From: a bacterium | GTDB lineage: Bacteria; Patescibacteriota; Dojkabacteria; SC72 | Assembly: GCA_021108295.1 (NCBI GenBank) | Contig: JAIORF010000102.1 | Span: 176,027 to 224,680 of the forward strand | Direction of reading: 5' to 3' | Length of the DNA: 48,654 nt | In this document: piece after piece, positions 36,332 to 44,802 of the stretch | Numbering within the stretch: position 1 is the stretch's first letter | Layout of the letters: the number at the start of each line of letters is the position of its first letter | The notes under the pieces: generated by a model | What the model saw: only the letters and a program-made list of their open reading frames with translations | The model's database searches: none | What the model was told of the DNA's origin: nothing | Made by a program: the position numbers and the translations under genes

Positions 36332-37596
36332 ATTCCTACTAATCCACTTTTACTACAGCCATTTATTTTGATGTTTTGTATACTCCCTTCTTCATATTCT
36401 TTCTCTAACAAAACTTCATGGTTGTAATATGTAATTCCTTTATTCTTAGTGATTACCAATACAGGTAGACTCTTCCCTATTAATTCTCTATGCTCCTTTT
36501 CTCTAACCTTGTTTACTAATTTCCTAATAACTTCTTCTCTGTTTTTCTTGATATTAAACTCCACATCGTCATTCATATCGTATGCCACGCTACCCCCCCT
36601 TGGTGAAAACTTTCCAATATAGACCATCTCAACTTTACACTCTTTAATCAAGGATATGGAATCATTAAAATCAGCTTCTGTTTCTGAAGGGAATCCCACA
36701 ATGACATCAGTTGTAATTCTAAAGTTAGGACAAGAGGTTTTAATCTTTTTACAAATATCTATGAATTTGTCTCTACTATATTTCCTGTTCATCAACTTAA
36801 GTATCCTGTTTGATCCTGACTGTGCTGCAATATGACAATGCTTTAGAAATTTGTCATGTGTTGTGATTAAATCGATTAACTCATCAGAGAAATCTTTGGG
36901 GTGTGAGGAGATGAAGTTAATCCAAAATTCTCCCTCTATCTGCTCTATTTCTTTTAGTAGGTCTACAATGTTCTCTCCGTTGTCTTCCCAACTATTTACA
37001 TTTTGACCTAGTAGGGTAATTAGTTTACCTTCATTATTTATGAAGTTTGTTACATCCTTAAGAATTTCTTTTTTTGGGATATTGCGTAGTTTCCCCCTTG
37101 TGTATGGGACTATGCAGTATGAGCAGAAGTTACTACAACCGTGGGATATGGAAAAAAGTCCTTGGTATTTATTATTCCTATCGTAGTTTATGCTCTCGTT
37201 TTGAACTAAATCATTATTCTCAATTCCTAATATGTTTGGTAGTTGTTCGATGTTCTGGATGTTGAGGAGGTGTGTAATCCAAGGAAATCTCTTTTGTAAA
37301 GTTTTTTCATATTCTCTTACTACTAGGTCGGAGTCTCTGTTGTATCTTTGAGCCATGCATCCAGTAAGCACGACAATCTTGTCTTTAAATATTTCTTCTT
37401 TTACTTTTATACCCCATCCTGCTACTTTGTCTTCTGCTTGTTGTCTAATACTGCAGGTGAGGAGTATGATTAGGTCTGCGTCTTTCCAACTAGAGACTTC
37501 TCTTAGTGAGTGTGTTTTGAGTAGGTTATGGATGGTATTGCTATCTGCAATGTTCATAGCACAGCCATATGTTTTGATGTAGAAGGTTTTTAGCAT
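36328..37596 (-). CDS. miaB: MiaB-like tRNA methylthiotransferase (radical SAM)
   Basis: YIKTYGCAMNIADS, TCSIRQQAE, TGCMAQR, CSNFCSYC, LLGQNVNS, AQSGSNRILKLMNR, TTDVIVGFP. Start 37596 supported by TGGTAGAAT 5 nt upstream. Confidence 0.88.
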   Translation of the reverse strand: MLKTFYIKTYGCAMNIADSNTIHNLLKTHSLREVSSWKDADLIILLTCSIRQQAEDKVAGWGIKVKEEIFKDKIVVLTGCMAQRYNRDSDLVVREYEKTLQKRFPWITHLLNIQNIEQLPNILGIENNDLVQNESINYDRNNKYQGLFSISHGCSNFCSYCIVPYTRGKLRNIPKKEILKDVTNFINNEGKLITLLGQNVNSWEDNGENIVDLLKEIEQIEGEFWINFISSHPKDFSDELIDLITTHDKFLKHCHIAAQSGSNRILKLMNRKYSRDKFIDICKKIKTSCPNFRITTDVIVGFPSETEADFNDSISLIKECKVEMVYIGKFSPRGGSVAYDMNDDVEFNIKKNREEVIRKLVNKVREKEHRELIGKSLPVLVITKNKGITYYNHEVLLEKEYEEGSIQNIKINGCSKSGLVGI

Positions 37597-37638
37597 AGGG
37601 TATTCTACCATGGTTGGTACTAGAAGCTTATGAAGCCG

Positions 37639-38652
37639 TTATCCTAGTAGTTCTCCAATTGATTGTCTAACATTGAGTCTATGTATTATCTCTGCAAAAT
37701 ATTCAGCTATAGATACTACCTCTATCCATCTGTGTTTCTTGAGTAATTCCTTTGGTATAAGTGCAGCATCTGTACAAATTATTTTGTCTAAGATCTTGTT
37801 GTTGTAGCATTTCTGAAGTTTAGTCACTGCATTGTTGTTAAATAGTGCAAAGGTTGTTATACCAATTACTTTCTTTGCGCCATTTTCTTTAGCAACTTCT
37901 AATGCTTTGCAGAAAGTCCCTCCAGAATCAATTATATCATCGATAATATAGACAGTTTTGTCTTTGATATCTCCCATTATTTCAATATCTTCTATACTAT
38001 TTGCCTTAGAGTAATTTCTAGTTTTGTATGTAAATGCTACCTCCGTATGTAGTTTCTGTGCATAGTAGTTGGCAGCAGTAGCTCCTCCAAGATCTGTGGG
38101 GATGATTACTGTTTCTTTAGGGTTAGATATTTCTTTTTGTATAAATGGGAGTAATACATGGCTGCCTCTGAGATTCTCTATTTGTGCTGACCTGAAGAAG
38201 CCTTGTATTGCGGTGTTATGAAGATCCATTGTGATTATATGATCTGCTCCCAAATCTCCTTCCAACTCCCACGCTATTCTAGCAGCTGTGATGTCTTCTC
38301 TTCCGCTTTGTTTGTCCTGTCTTGCGTAAGGGAATGATGGTATTACTGCTGTAATGTAGTTAGCATCACATCGTTTGCATGCTCCGATCATTGTATACAA
38401 AGCTCTAAGGTTCTCATCTACGCTCTTCCCGTTGTGATGATTCTCTACGTCTTGAATGATGAAGACATCTTTACCTCTTATACTTTCGTTTATTACAGCT
38501 TTTAGTTCTGTATTTGCAAAAACGACCTCTTCTGTATTGAGTATTTCTATATCTATTTGTCTTTTCTTGTTAACCTCCTTTAGAATCTTCTCTGCAAAGT
38601 GTAATCCAGAAGAGCAGGATATTAGACAGAGAGCTCCGTGGTAATGAGTCAT
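37639..38652 (-). CDS. prs: Ribose-phosphate pyrophosphokinase
   Basis: FANTE, INESIRGKDV, PYARQDK, DLHN.AIQGFF, IDDIIDSGGT. Confidence 0.95.
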   Translation of the reverse strand: MTHYHGALCLISCSSGLHFAEKILKEVNKKRQIDIEILNTEEVVFANTELKAVINESIRGKDVFIIQDVENHHNGKSVDENLRALYTMIGACKRCDANYITAVIPSFPYARQDKQSGREDITAARIAWELEGDLGADHIITMDLHNTAIQGFFRSAQIENLRGSHVLLPFIQKEISNPKETVIIPTDLGGATAANYYAQKLHTEVAFTYKTRNYSKANSIEDIEIMGDIKDKTVYIIDDIIDSGGTFCKALEVAKENGAKKVIGITTFALFNNNAVTKLQKCYNNKILDKIICTDAALIPKELLKKHRWIEVVSIAEYFAEIIHRLNVRQSIGELLG

Positions 38653-38726
38653 GAAGAAGAACTAAAAAGTTATTGATATAATATAGAGCTTTCTCTTAAG
38701 GGTATCAAGAGATATAATAGCTGACT

Positions 38727-40241
38727 ATGTTACAAATTAAAAACCTTTCTTACGAAGTAGGAGGTAAAACAATATTGAAGGATATTTCTCTTTTTCTAGG
38801 AAGAGGAGAAAAGGTTGGAGTAGTAGGAGTGAATGGTGCTGGAAAGTCTACCCTTCTTAAAACGATTGTAGGGAAGGTAGAGAAGGATAGTGGGGAGATT
38901 ACTATGAAAGGATCTTACTCATATCTTTCGCAGGAAATACATAAGGAGATAGGGTTTAAGTATGAGAGTTCCTCCCTAACTATTGCAGAGTATTTAATTC
39001 TAGATCAAGGTCTTGATATTGAAGAATGGGAGATTAATAAGTTTCTTAATAATCTTAATATGCAGGATAAGGATTGTGAGAGTGTGCTTGGAGAACTCTC
39101 CGGTGGACAGAAGATTAAGGTAGAGTTAATAAGGATACTTTTAGAGAGACCAGATATTTTAATATTAGATGAGCCTACAAACTTTCTTGATATCCCATCT
39201 TCACAGTGGTTGATGAAATATCTTATCAACTATCCTAATGCAGTATTGGTTGTATCACATGATCTTCGTCTTATGAATCGTGGTTTGAGTAAAATATGGT
39301 TTTTAAATGAGTTAAATCATAATGTGGAGGTCTACAAGGGTAACTATGACAAGTTCCTTAAGTTAAAGGCTATGCAAGATGCTTCTTTGGTTCGTGCAAT
39401 TACCAATATTACTAAGTCTGCTAAAAGATTAGAGAAGTCAGCTCAACAATTAGCAGGTAGACAGACCTACAAAGAGGCTAAACGAGCATCTAGAAGGTTT
39501 GAGAAGGTTGCAGAATTAAAGGTAGAGATTAGAAAGAAGGAGGCAATGTTGGCCAAGAGTAAGAGGATGAAGATAACGTTGCCTACTCCACAAAGGTGTT
39601 CTAGGAATGTTTTAGAGATAGAAGGGATATCTAAGGAGTATGGTGAGAACTCAGTACTTAGAAATGTTGACATGGAGGTAGAAAGAGGTCAGAAGGTTGT
39701 GGTAATTGGTAAGAATGGTGTTGGTAAAACTACCCTACTTAAAATACTTGCTGGGAAATTAGAGCAAACTAATGGTCATTATTTATGGGGTAAGGGTACA
39801 TTAGTTGGTTATTATGCGCAGGAGTATGAGAATTTGGATTACAGTAAGACTGTTTTAGAAAATGTCAGTAATTTATCAACATTAGACGGTTGGACTAATG
39901 AGTATTGGAGAAAGTTCTTGGGACGTTTTCTAATTAGTGGAGAGATGGTTTATCAAAAGGTTGGTACTCTTTCAGGTGGAGAGAAAACTAGATTGGCGTT
40001 GGCTAAACTTTTCTCACAGAACCTAAATGTTTTGCTTTTAGATGAACCTACTACATATCTGGATCCTTCTTCACAGGAGATACTTCTACAGGCACTGAGG
40101 GAGTATATGGGTACAGTCATTATGGTGAGTCATGAGCCTAAGTTTGTAGAGGGTTTGGGTGTAGATATGGTTTTGCTTATGCCAGAGGAGAAGTTTGTGT
40201 ATTACGATATTAAATATCTCCAAAGGGTTGGTTTGATGTAA
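38727..40241 (+). CDS. ABC-F family ribosome-associated ATPase
   Basis: Two ABC domains (GVNGAGKST/LSGGQ/LDEPTN and GKNGVGKTT/LSGGEK/LDEPTT) joined by a basic helical linker; no TM domain. Confidence 0.92.
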   Translation: MLQIKNLSYEVGGKTILKDISLFLGRGEKVGVVGVNGAGKSTLLKTIVGKVEKDSGEITMKGSYSYLSQEIHKEIGFKYESSSLTIAEYLILDQGLDIEEWEINKFLNNLNMQDKDCESVLGELSGGQKIKVELIRILLERPDILILDEPTNFLDIPSSQWLMKYLINYPNAVLVVSHDLRLMNRGLSKIWFLNELNHNVEVYKGNYDKFLKLKAMQDASLVRAITNITKSAKRLEKSAQQLAGRQTYKEAKRASRRFEKVAELKVEIRKKEAMLAKSKRMKITLPTPQRCSRNVLEIEGISKEYGENSVLRNVDMEVERGQKVVVIGKNGVGKTTLLKILAGKLEQTNGHYLWGKGTLVGYYAQEYENLDYSKTVLENVSNLSTLDGWTNEYWRKFLGRFLISGEMVYQKVGTLSGGEKTRLALAKLFSQNLNVLLLDEPTTYLDPSSQEILLQALREYMGTVIMVSHEPKFVEGLGVDMVLLMPEEKFVYYDIKYLQRVGLM

Positions 40242-41079
40242 GAGTTTTTTCTAGTTCACGAATATCTTTTATGATAGCAATCTTTACTCCTTGTTTCTTT
40301 AATTCCTTTATATCTTGTTCTTTGTCGTTGTCGTATAGTGATAGCCATATGATATATTTATATCCTGCTTCTACTGCAGGGAGGATGTCAGCATCAAAGT
40401 TGTCGCCCACGGCTATTAGTTTTTCTGGAGTTGAATTTGTTGTATTGGCTGCTTTAATCCATTCTGATGTGTTTTTGGGTTTATTTATATCAACATAGTA
40501 GGAGTATATATCAGGGATATTTTTATAGAGTTTTCTGTATCTTGATTTTAAAGAATCTGTTTTAATTTTAGTCCAATCCTTTCCAGAGTGTGTACATATT
40601 GCTACTTTTGTAAATGATAGCAGAGTATGTAGTAGTTCTAATGTCCCATCGAATGGGTCTGGTGAGAGTGTGTAGATTTCGGCAATATTTGGTGTAAATC
40701 TTTTTAGAATGTCTTCTTGGTCAATATTAAGATTTAGAGAAGTCGTTATCCATGATAGGGTGCTGGGGAATCTGGTAATAAAGTTCACACTACCATTATT
40801 GTAGTATTGGGCAACTTCAGCTTGGTGATATGCTTGGGCGAAATCATCTGTTTCAATAGTGAGGTTGTATGTCCTATTTATATAGGGGACTATTTCAGTG
40901 GCAAATCTTTTGTACATAAATATCAACCAAGTGCCTGTGTCTATTAATGTGTTGTCCAAATCAAACACTATACCTTCTATACTATTCTTTTCAAAAAAGG
41001 ATTCAATCTCGGTATTCATGTCCATTCCTTCTATACTATTCTCTTCAAAAAAGGATTTAATTTCGTTATTCATGTCCAT
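40210..41079 (-). CDS. HAD-superfamily hydrolase with a duplicated N-terminus
   Basis: VFDLDNTL (motif I), ICTHS (motif II), KPK (motif III), VGDNFDADI (motif IV). The real start may be Met3 (41073), 7 nt after TAGAAT. Confidence 0.88.
   Translation of the reverse strand: MDMNNEIKSFFEENSIEGMDMNTEIESFFEKNSIEGIVFDLDNTLIDTGTWLIFMYKRFATEIVPYINRTYNLTIETDDFAQAYHQAEVAQYYNNGSVNFITRFPSTLSWITTSLNLNIDQEDILKRFTPNIAEIYTLSPDPFDGTLELLHTLLSFTKVAICTHSGKDWTKIKTDSLKSRYRKLYKNIPDIYSYYVDINKPKNTSEWIKAANTTNSTPEKLIAVGDNFDADILPAVEAGYKYIIWLSLYDNDKEQDIKELKKQGVKIAIIKDIRELEKTLTSNQPFGDI
40972..41079. repeat. 54-bp tandem duplication (2 copies, 49/54 identical)
   Basis: Encodes MDMNNEIKSFFEENSIEG / MDMNTEIESFFEKNSIEG; copies at 40972-41025 and 41026-41079. 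Confidence 0.95.
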
Positions 41080-41111
41080 TATTCTACCCTATATCTTATT
41101 TGAATGGTATG

Positions 41112-41120
41112 TGTTATAAT
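41112..41120 (+). promoter_or_regulatory. Extended -10 promoter (TGTTATAAT) for the RRM gene, giving a ~90-nt leader
   Basis: Perfect TGnTATAAT 99 nt upstream of ATG 41220. Confidence 0.6.
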
Positions 41121-41219
41121 CTTCACGCTATTTGAGTGAGTGCGTTCTGCGTAACTGCTTAGAGTGTTAAGATCTCCCCGTGTGGTATAGCCAATTTTAA
41201 TTATTATTATTTACACAAT

Positions 41220-41489
41220 ATGGCAAAAAAGCTATTTGTAGGTAATCTTAGCTGGGGAATCAGTGATGAGCAGTTAAGAGAAGCATTCAGTGCATTCGGT
41301 ACTGTAGAAGAGGCTGTTGTTATTACTGACAGACAGTCCGGTAGATCCAAAGGTTTTGGATTTGTCACAATGTCTACTGAGGAAGAAGCACAGAAGGCAG
41401 TCGAAGGACTCAATGAGTCAGAACTTGATGGCAGAGCTATCAACGTTTCTGAAGCCAGAGAGAGAACCGAGGAGAGAAGAAGCTTCTAA
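41220..41489 (+). CDS. Single-RRM RNA-binding protein (Rbp-like)
   Basis: RNP2 KLFVGNL, RNP1 KGFGFVTM, and LDGRAINVSEA. Confidence 0.95.
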   Translation: MAKKLFVGNLSWGISDEQLREAFSAFGTVEEAVVITDRQSGRSKGFGFVTMSTEEEAQKAVEGLNESELDGRAINVSEARERTEERRSF

Positions 41490-41508
41490 GCTGATTTTTT
41501 CTAAGTTT

Positions 41509-41540
41509 AAAGGACAGGTTTTACCTGTCCTTTTCTTTTT
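41509..41540 (+). terminator. Intrinsic terminator of the RRM gene
   Basis: AAAGGACAGG-TTTTA-CCTGTCCTTT followed by TCTTTTT. Confidence 0.85.
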
Positions 41541-41571
41541 ATACATACTAATATTTGATATAGTTGTGAAT

Positions 41572-42276
41572 ATGATTAGTCAAATAAAAAAAGAGTTTAA
41601 GAAATATTCTTCGAAAGAGAAGGAAAAGGTTTATAGAAGATTCTTCAAAACAGGTGAAGGTGAATATGGTGAAGGGGATGTTTTTCTTGGTATTACTGCT
41701 CCTGAAATGAAATTAATAGTGAAGAAATTTAGGAAGGATATCTCAATTAAGGAGACCCTACTCTTTCTTCATGACCCTATACATGAGTATAGGGCTTTTG
41801 CATTAAATATATTGAGGTATATGTATGAGAAGGGAGATATGGTTGTTAAGAAAGAGATAGTGGGTATATATTTAGATAATATGGAGTATATAAATAATTG
41901 GGATTTAGTGGATTGCAGTGCACATTATATTGTTGGTGATTATTTATTGGATAAGGATAGGTCTCTTCTTTATGATTTAGCAAAGAGTAATCATTTGTGG
42001 CCTCAAAGAGTATCTATTATCTCTACATTTGCCTTTATTAGAAACAATGAGTTTAAGGATACTTTAAAGATATCAAAGATTTTACTTAGTCATGAGCATG
42101 ATTTAATGCATAAGGCTGTAGGTTGGATGCTAAGAGAGGTATGGAAAAGAGATAGTGTTGTTGTAGAGAATTTTCTTGTTGATAATTACAAGGATATACC
42201 TAGAACTACCTTAAGGTATGCGATTGAGAGAATGGAGGAAGGTAAGAGGAAAAGGTTTTTAAAGGGAGAGTTTTAA
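41572..42276 (+). CDS. DNA alkylation repair protein (AlkD-like HEAT repeat)
   Basis: FFKTGEGEYGEGDVFLGIT, HEYR, NNWDLVD, LWPQR, HDLMHKAVGWMLRE, PRTTLRYAIE. Start 41572 lies 7 nt after TGATATAGT. Confidence 0.9.
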   Translation: MISQIKKEFKKYSSKEKEKVYRRFFKTGEGEYGEGDVFLGITAPEMKLIVKKFRKDISIKETLLFLHDPIHEYRAFALNILRYMYEKGDMVVKKEIVGIYLDNMEYINNWDLVDCSAHYIVGDYLLDKDRSLLYDLAKSNHLWPQRVSIISTFAFIRNNEFKDTLKISKILLSHEHDLMHKAVGWMLREVWKRDSVVVENFLVDNYKDIPRTTLRYAIERMEEGKRKRFLKGEF

Positions 42277-42295
42277 TAATTATAGGAATATATTA

Positions 42296-42323
42296 TTGAC
42301 ATGATTGTGTATAGTGATATACT
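42296..42323 (+). promoter_or_regulatory. Near-consensus sigma70 promoter TTGACA-16-(TGn)TATACT pointing antisense into the mazF-like gene
   Basis: TTGACA at 42296-42301, TG at 42315-16, TATACT at 42318-23. No plus-strand gene follows until 44803. Confidence 0.7.
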
Positions 42324-42329
42324 TAAGTA

Positions 42330-42374
42330 ATTGGCATTAGCCACGACTCCCTCTATCTAGAGGGAGGTAATTTT
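42330..42374 (+). ncRNA. Candidate ~45-nt double-hairpin antisense sRNA overlapping the toxin 3' end
   Basis: TGGC-ATTA-GCCA (42332-43) and CTCCCTCT-ATCT-AGAGGGAG (42347-66), then GTAATTTT, immediately after the promoter. Expression is inferred. Confidence 0.4.
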
Positions 42375-42757
42375 ATGATATCTCTGATACTCTCTATGAC
42401 TTTTGTGTAGTCTCTTTCGTCTAATTCAGTATGTTTATATAGCATTCTTTTAGTACTAAAAACTCTTATTTGAGATGTGAGTGCAGAGATTGTCTTGTTT
42501 TTTACAGTAATGGGGATGTGATACTGATTGTTTTTCAGTTTTGTACTAAGTAGTACTCCAATAAAGGAGTGTTGATTAAACTTTTTTATTACTAGTACTG
42601 GTCTAGCATAGTCTTTTCCTTTCCCAAAAACTTCGTAACCGAGATTATATCCAATTGATATCCACCAAATATCGGATTCTTTGTAGTGTGGGATTGTGTG
42701 AAGACTAGAAGAAATCTTCTTTTTAATCTCATTCCATTCATCGTAGTTAAAATTCAT
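42353..42757 (-). CDS. PemK/MazF-family endoribonuclease toxin, orphan (no antitoxin ORF)
   Basis: YKESDIWWISIGYNLGYE..GKG..ARPVLVIKK..GVLLST..ALTSQIRVFSTKRM, a MazF-type fold pattern. It has its own TAGAAT 5 nt upstream and only 60 nt separate it from the typA stop. Confidence 0.85.
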   Translation of the reverse strand: MNFNYDEWNEIKKKISSSLHTIPHYKESDIWWISIGYNLGYEVFGKGKDYARPVLVIKKFNQHSFIGVLLSTKLKNNQYHIPITVKNKTISALTSQIRVFSTKRMLYKHTELDERDYTKVIESIRDIIKLPPSR

Positions 42758-42817
42758 CCCCTATTCTATATCCTTTTATCTTGGAGATTATGAACGAATG
42801 ATAATGATAATTAACTA

Positions 42818-44722
42818 TTAATCTATACCCATTTCTTGTTTAGCAAAAGCTGTAAGGTTTTTTCTATTTGCCCAAGTCCTCTGAGTTGCAGTAAGAAGTT
42901 TCTTTCTTAATCTAATACTCTTTGGTGTGACCTCTATTAGTTCATCATCATTGATAAAGGATAGTGCAAACTCTACAGTTAGGGGCATTGTAGCCTTAAG
43001 GCTTATCTCTGTAACCTCTGCCTGTGCCATACGTACATTAGTTTTCTTTCTGCTCTTACATGGGTTTACATCTAAATCTTGTTCATGATTATTAATCCCT
43101 ATTATCATACCTTCATATACCTCAGTAGAGCCCTTTATAAATAGTCTACCTCTCTCTTGTATTGAGGTTAGGGCGTATGCTAGTGCTGTACCTGTTTCAG
43201 TAGAAAGTATTACACCTTTTCTAAATAGCTCTTTGTGTTTTTTGAAAGGTACGTAGTCTTTAATATAGCTACTGACTAAAGCAGTTCCTTTTGTGGAGTT
43301 CATTAGTAATCTGTGTAGTCCTATTAAGTTTCTAGTTAGTATCTCGTATGTAAATGTACTTTGTCCATCTGTAGTTTCAATGTTTTTAAGTAATCCCTTC
43401 CTCTCACTGACCTCTTGTGTAATTGCACTTAGGTACTCTTCTGGAGCAAGAATTATTAATTCCTCTAGTGGTTCGCATAGTACACCGTCTACTTCTTGTA
43501 ATATGACTTCTGGCTTACTAAGTTGTAGCTCATATCCTTCCCTTCTTAGTTGTTCTACTAGTATTGAGAGTTGTAGCTCCCCTCTTCCTGATACGTAGTA
43601 TGTGTTTTCTGTACTGTTTTCAATCTTGAGTCCAATATTTAAGTTTCTTTCTTGGTCTAGTCGTTGGGCTAATTGTTTGGCAGTTACATATGTACCTTCT
43701 TTTCCTGAGAAGGGTGAACTGTTTGCTTGAAACTTTACTCTTACACTTGGTGGAGTTATCTTTATCTTAGGTAGTATTTCTTCATTACCTAAGCTACATA
43801 TGGTTGCTCCTATATCTGTAGATTCTACTCCTGCGATTGCTACAATGTCTCCTACGACTGAGTTAGGAGTACTTCCCCATACTAGACCGTTTTTGGTAAA
43901 GAGACCTCTTACACGTCCTTGGGTTTTTTCTATATTCCCATCACTATCTTTATGGAGTACTATTACTGGGTCGTCTTTCTTTACACTTCCTCTATTAATT
44001 TTTCCTATTAAATATCTTCCAAGATGACTGTCATATTCTAGTGAGGTTACTTGCATTTGAAATGTTCCATTGCTGTCTCCCTCTGGAGGGGGCATATGGT
44101 CTACTATTTCATCTAGTATTGGAGAGATATCTCCGTGTGTATTATTTGCAATTGTTAGATCTCCTTCTGGTAGTGCTTTAAATATTTTACCTTCTCTTGC
44201 AATCCCGTAGTAGACAGGAAATTCTAGTTGTTCTGTATCTGTAGCTAGTTCTAAGAAAAGGTCTTGCACTTTGTCTAGTGTTCTTTCGCAGTTTGCTAGT
44301 TTTTTGTCTATCTTGTTTATTATCAGTACTGGTTTAAGCCCTATCTCTAATGCTCTCTTGAGTACAAACTTTGTTTGTGGCATTACTCCTTCCTGTGCGT
44401 CTACGAGTAGTAGACAGCTGTCTGCCATGTTTAGGGTTCTTTCTACTTCTCCACCAAAGTCTGCGTGTCCTGGTGTGTCTATGATGTTTATTTTGGTATC
44501 TCTGTATGTGATTGAGATATTTTTTGCACTTATTGTAATCCCTTTTTCTCTTTCTAGTTCTCCTGTGTCTAGGATTCTTTCTTGTGTCATTTCTTCTTCG
44601 TTGTCTCTGAAGAGGTGTGTTTGTTTCATAAAGGCGTCAACAAGGGTAGTTTTACCATGGTCAACGTGTGCAATTATTGCTACATTTCTTATATTTTCTT
44701 GTTTTAGTTCTGTGTTGTTCAT
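42818..44722 (-). CDS. typA: Translational GTPase TypA/BipA
   Basis: RNVAIIAHVDHGKTTLVD, ELEREKGITI, DTPGHADFGGEVER, NKID, GRGELQLSIL, EVTPKSIRLRK. Confidence 0.97.
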   Translation of the reverse strand: MNNTELKQENIRNVAIIAHVDHGKTTLVDAFMKQTHLFRDNEEEMTQERILDTGELEREKGITISAKNISITYRDTKINIIDTPGHADFGGEVERTLNMADSCLLLVDAQEGVMPQTKFVLKRALEIGLKPVLIINKIDKKLANCERTLDKVQDLFLELATDTEQLEFPVYYGIAREGKIFKALPEGDLTIANNTHGDISPILDEIVDHMPPPEGDSNGTFQMQVTSLEYDSHLGRYLIGKINRGSVKKDDPVIVLHKDSDGNIEKTQGRVRGLFTKNGLVWGSTPNSVVGDIVAIAGVESTDIGATICSLGNEEILPKIKITPPSVRVKFQANSSPFSGKEGTYVTAKQLAQRLDQERNLNIGLKIENSTENTYYVSGRGELQLSILVEQLRREGYELQLSKPEVILQEVDGVLCEPLEELIILAPEEYLSAITQEVSERKGLLKNIETTDGQSTFTYEILTRNLIGLHRLLMNSTKGTALVSSYIKDYVPFKKHKELFRKGVILSTETGTALAYALTSIQERGRLFIKGSTEVYEGMIIGINNHEQDLDVNPCKSRKKTNVRMAQAEVTEISLKATMPLTVEFALSFINDDELIEVTPKSIRLRKKLLTATQRTWANRKNLTAFAKQEMGID

Positions 44723-44802
44723 ACAAGTTGTAATTCTATCATATTAAGATAGATTTAGTTAGGTTTATTGTAAAGAGTAAGTGGATTTTGTACAATATCG
44801 TT

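Noticed and set aside
41317-41571. N-terminal extension of the AlkD-like ORF
   Set aside because: It overlaps the RRM gene and crosses its terminator. The real start is at 41572, with a -10 box 7 nt upstream.
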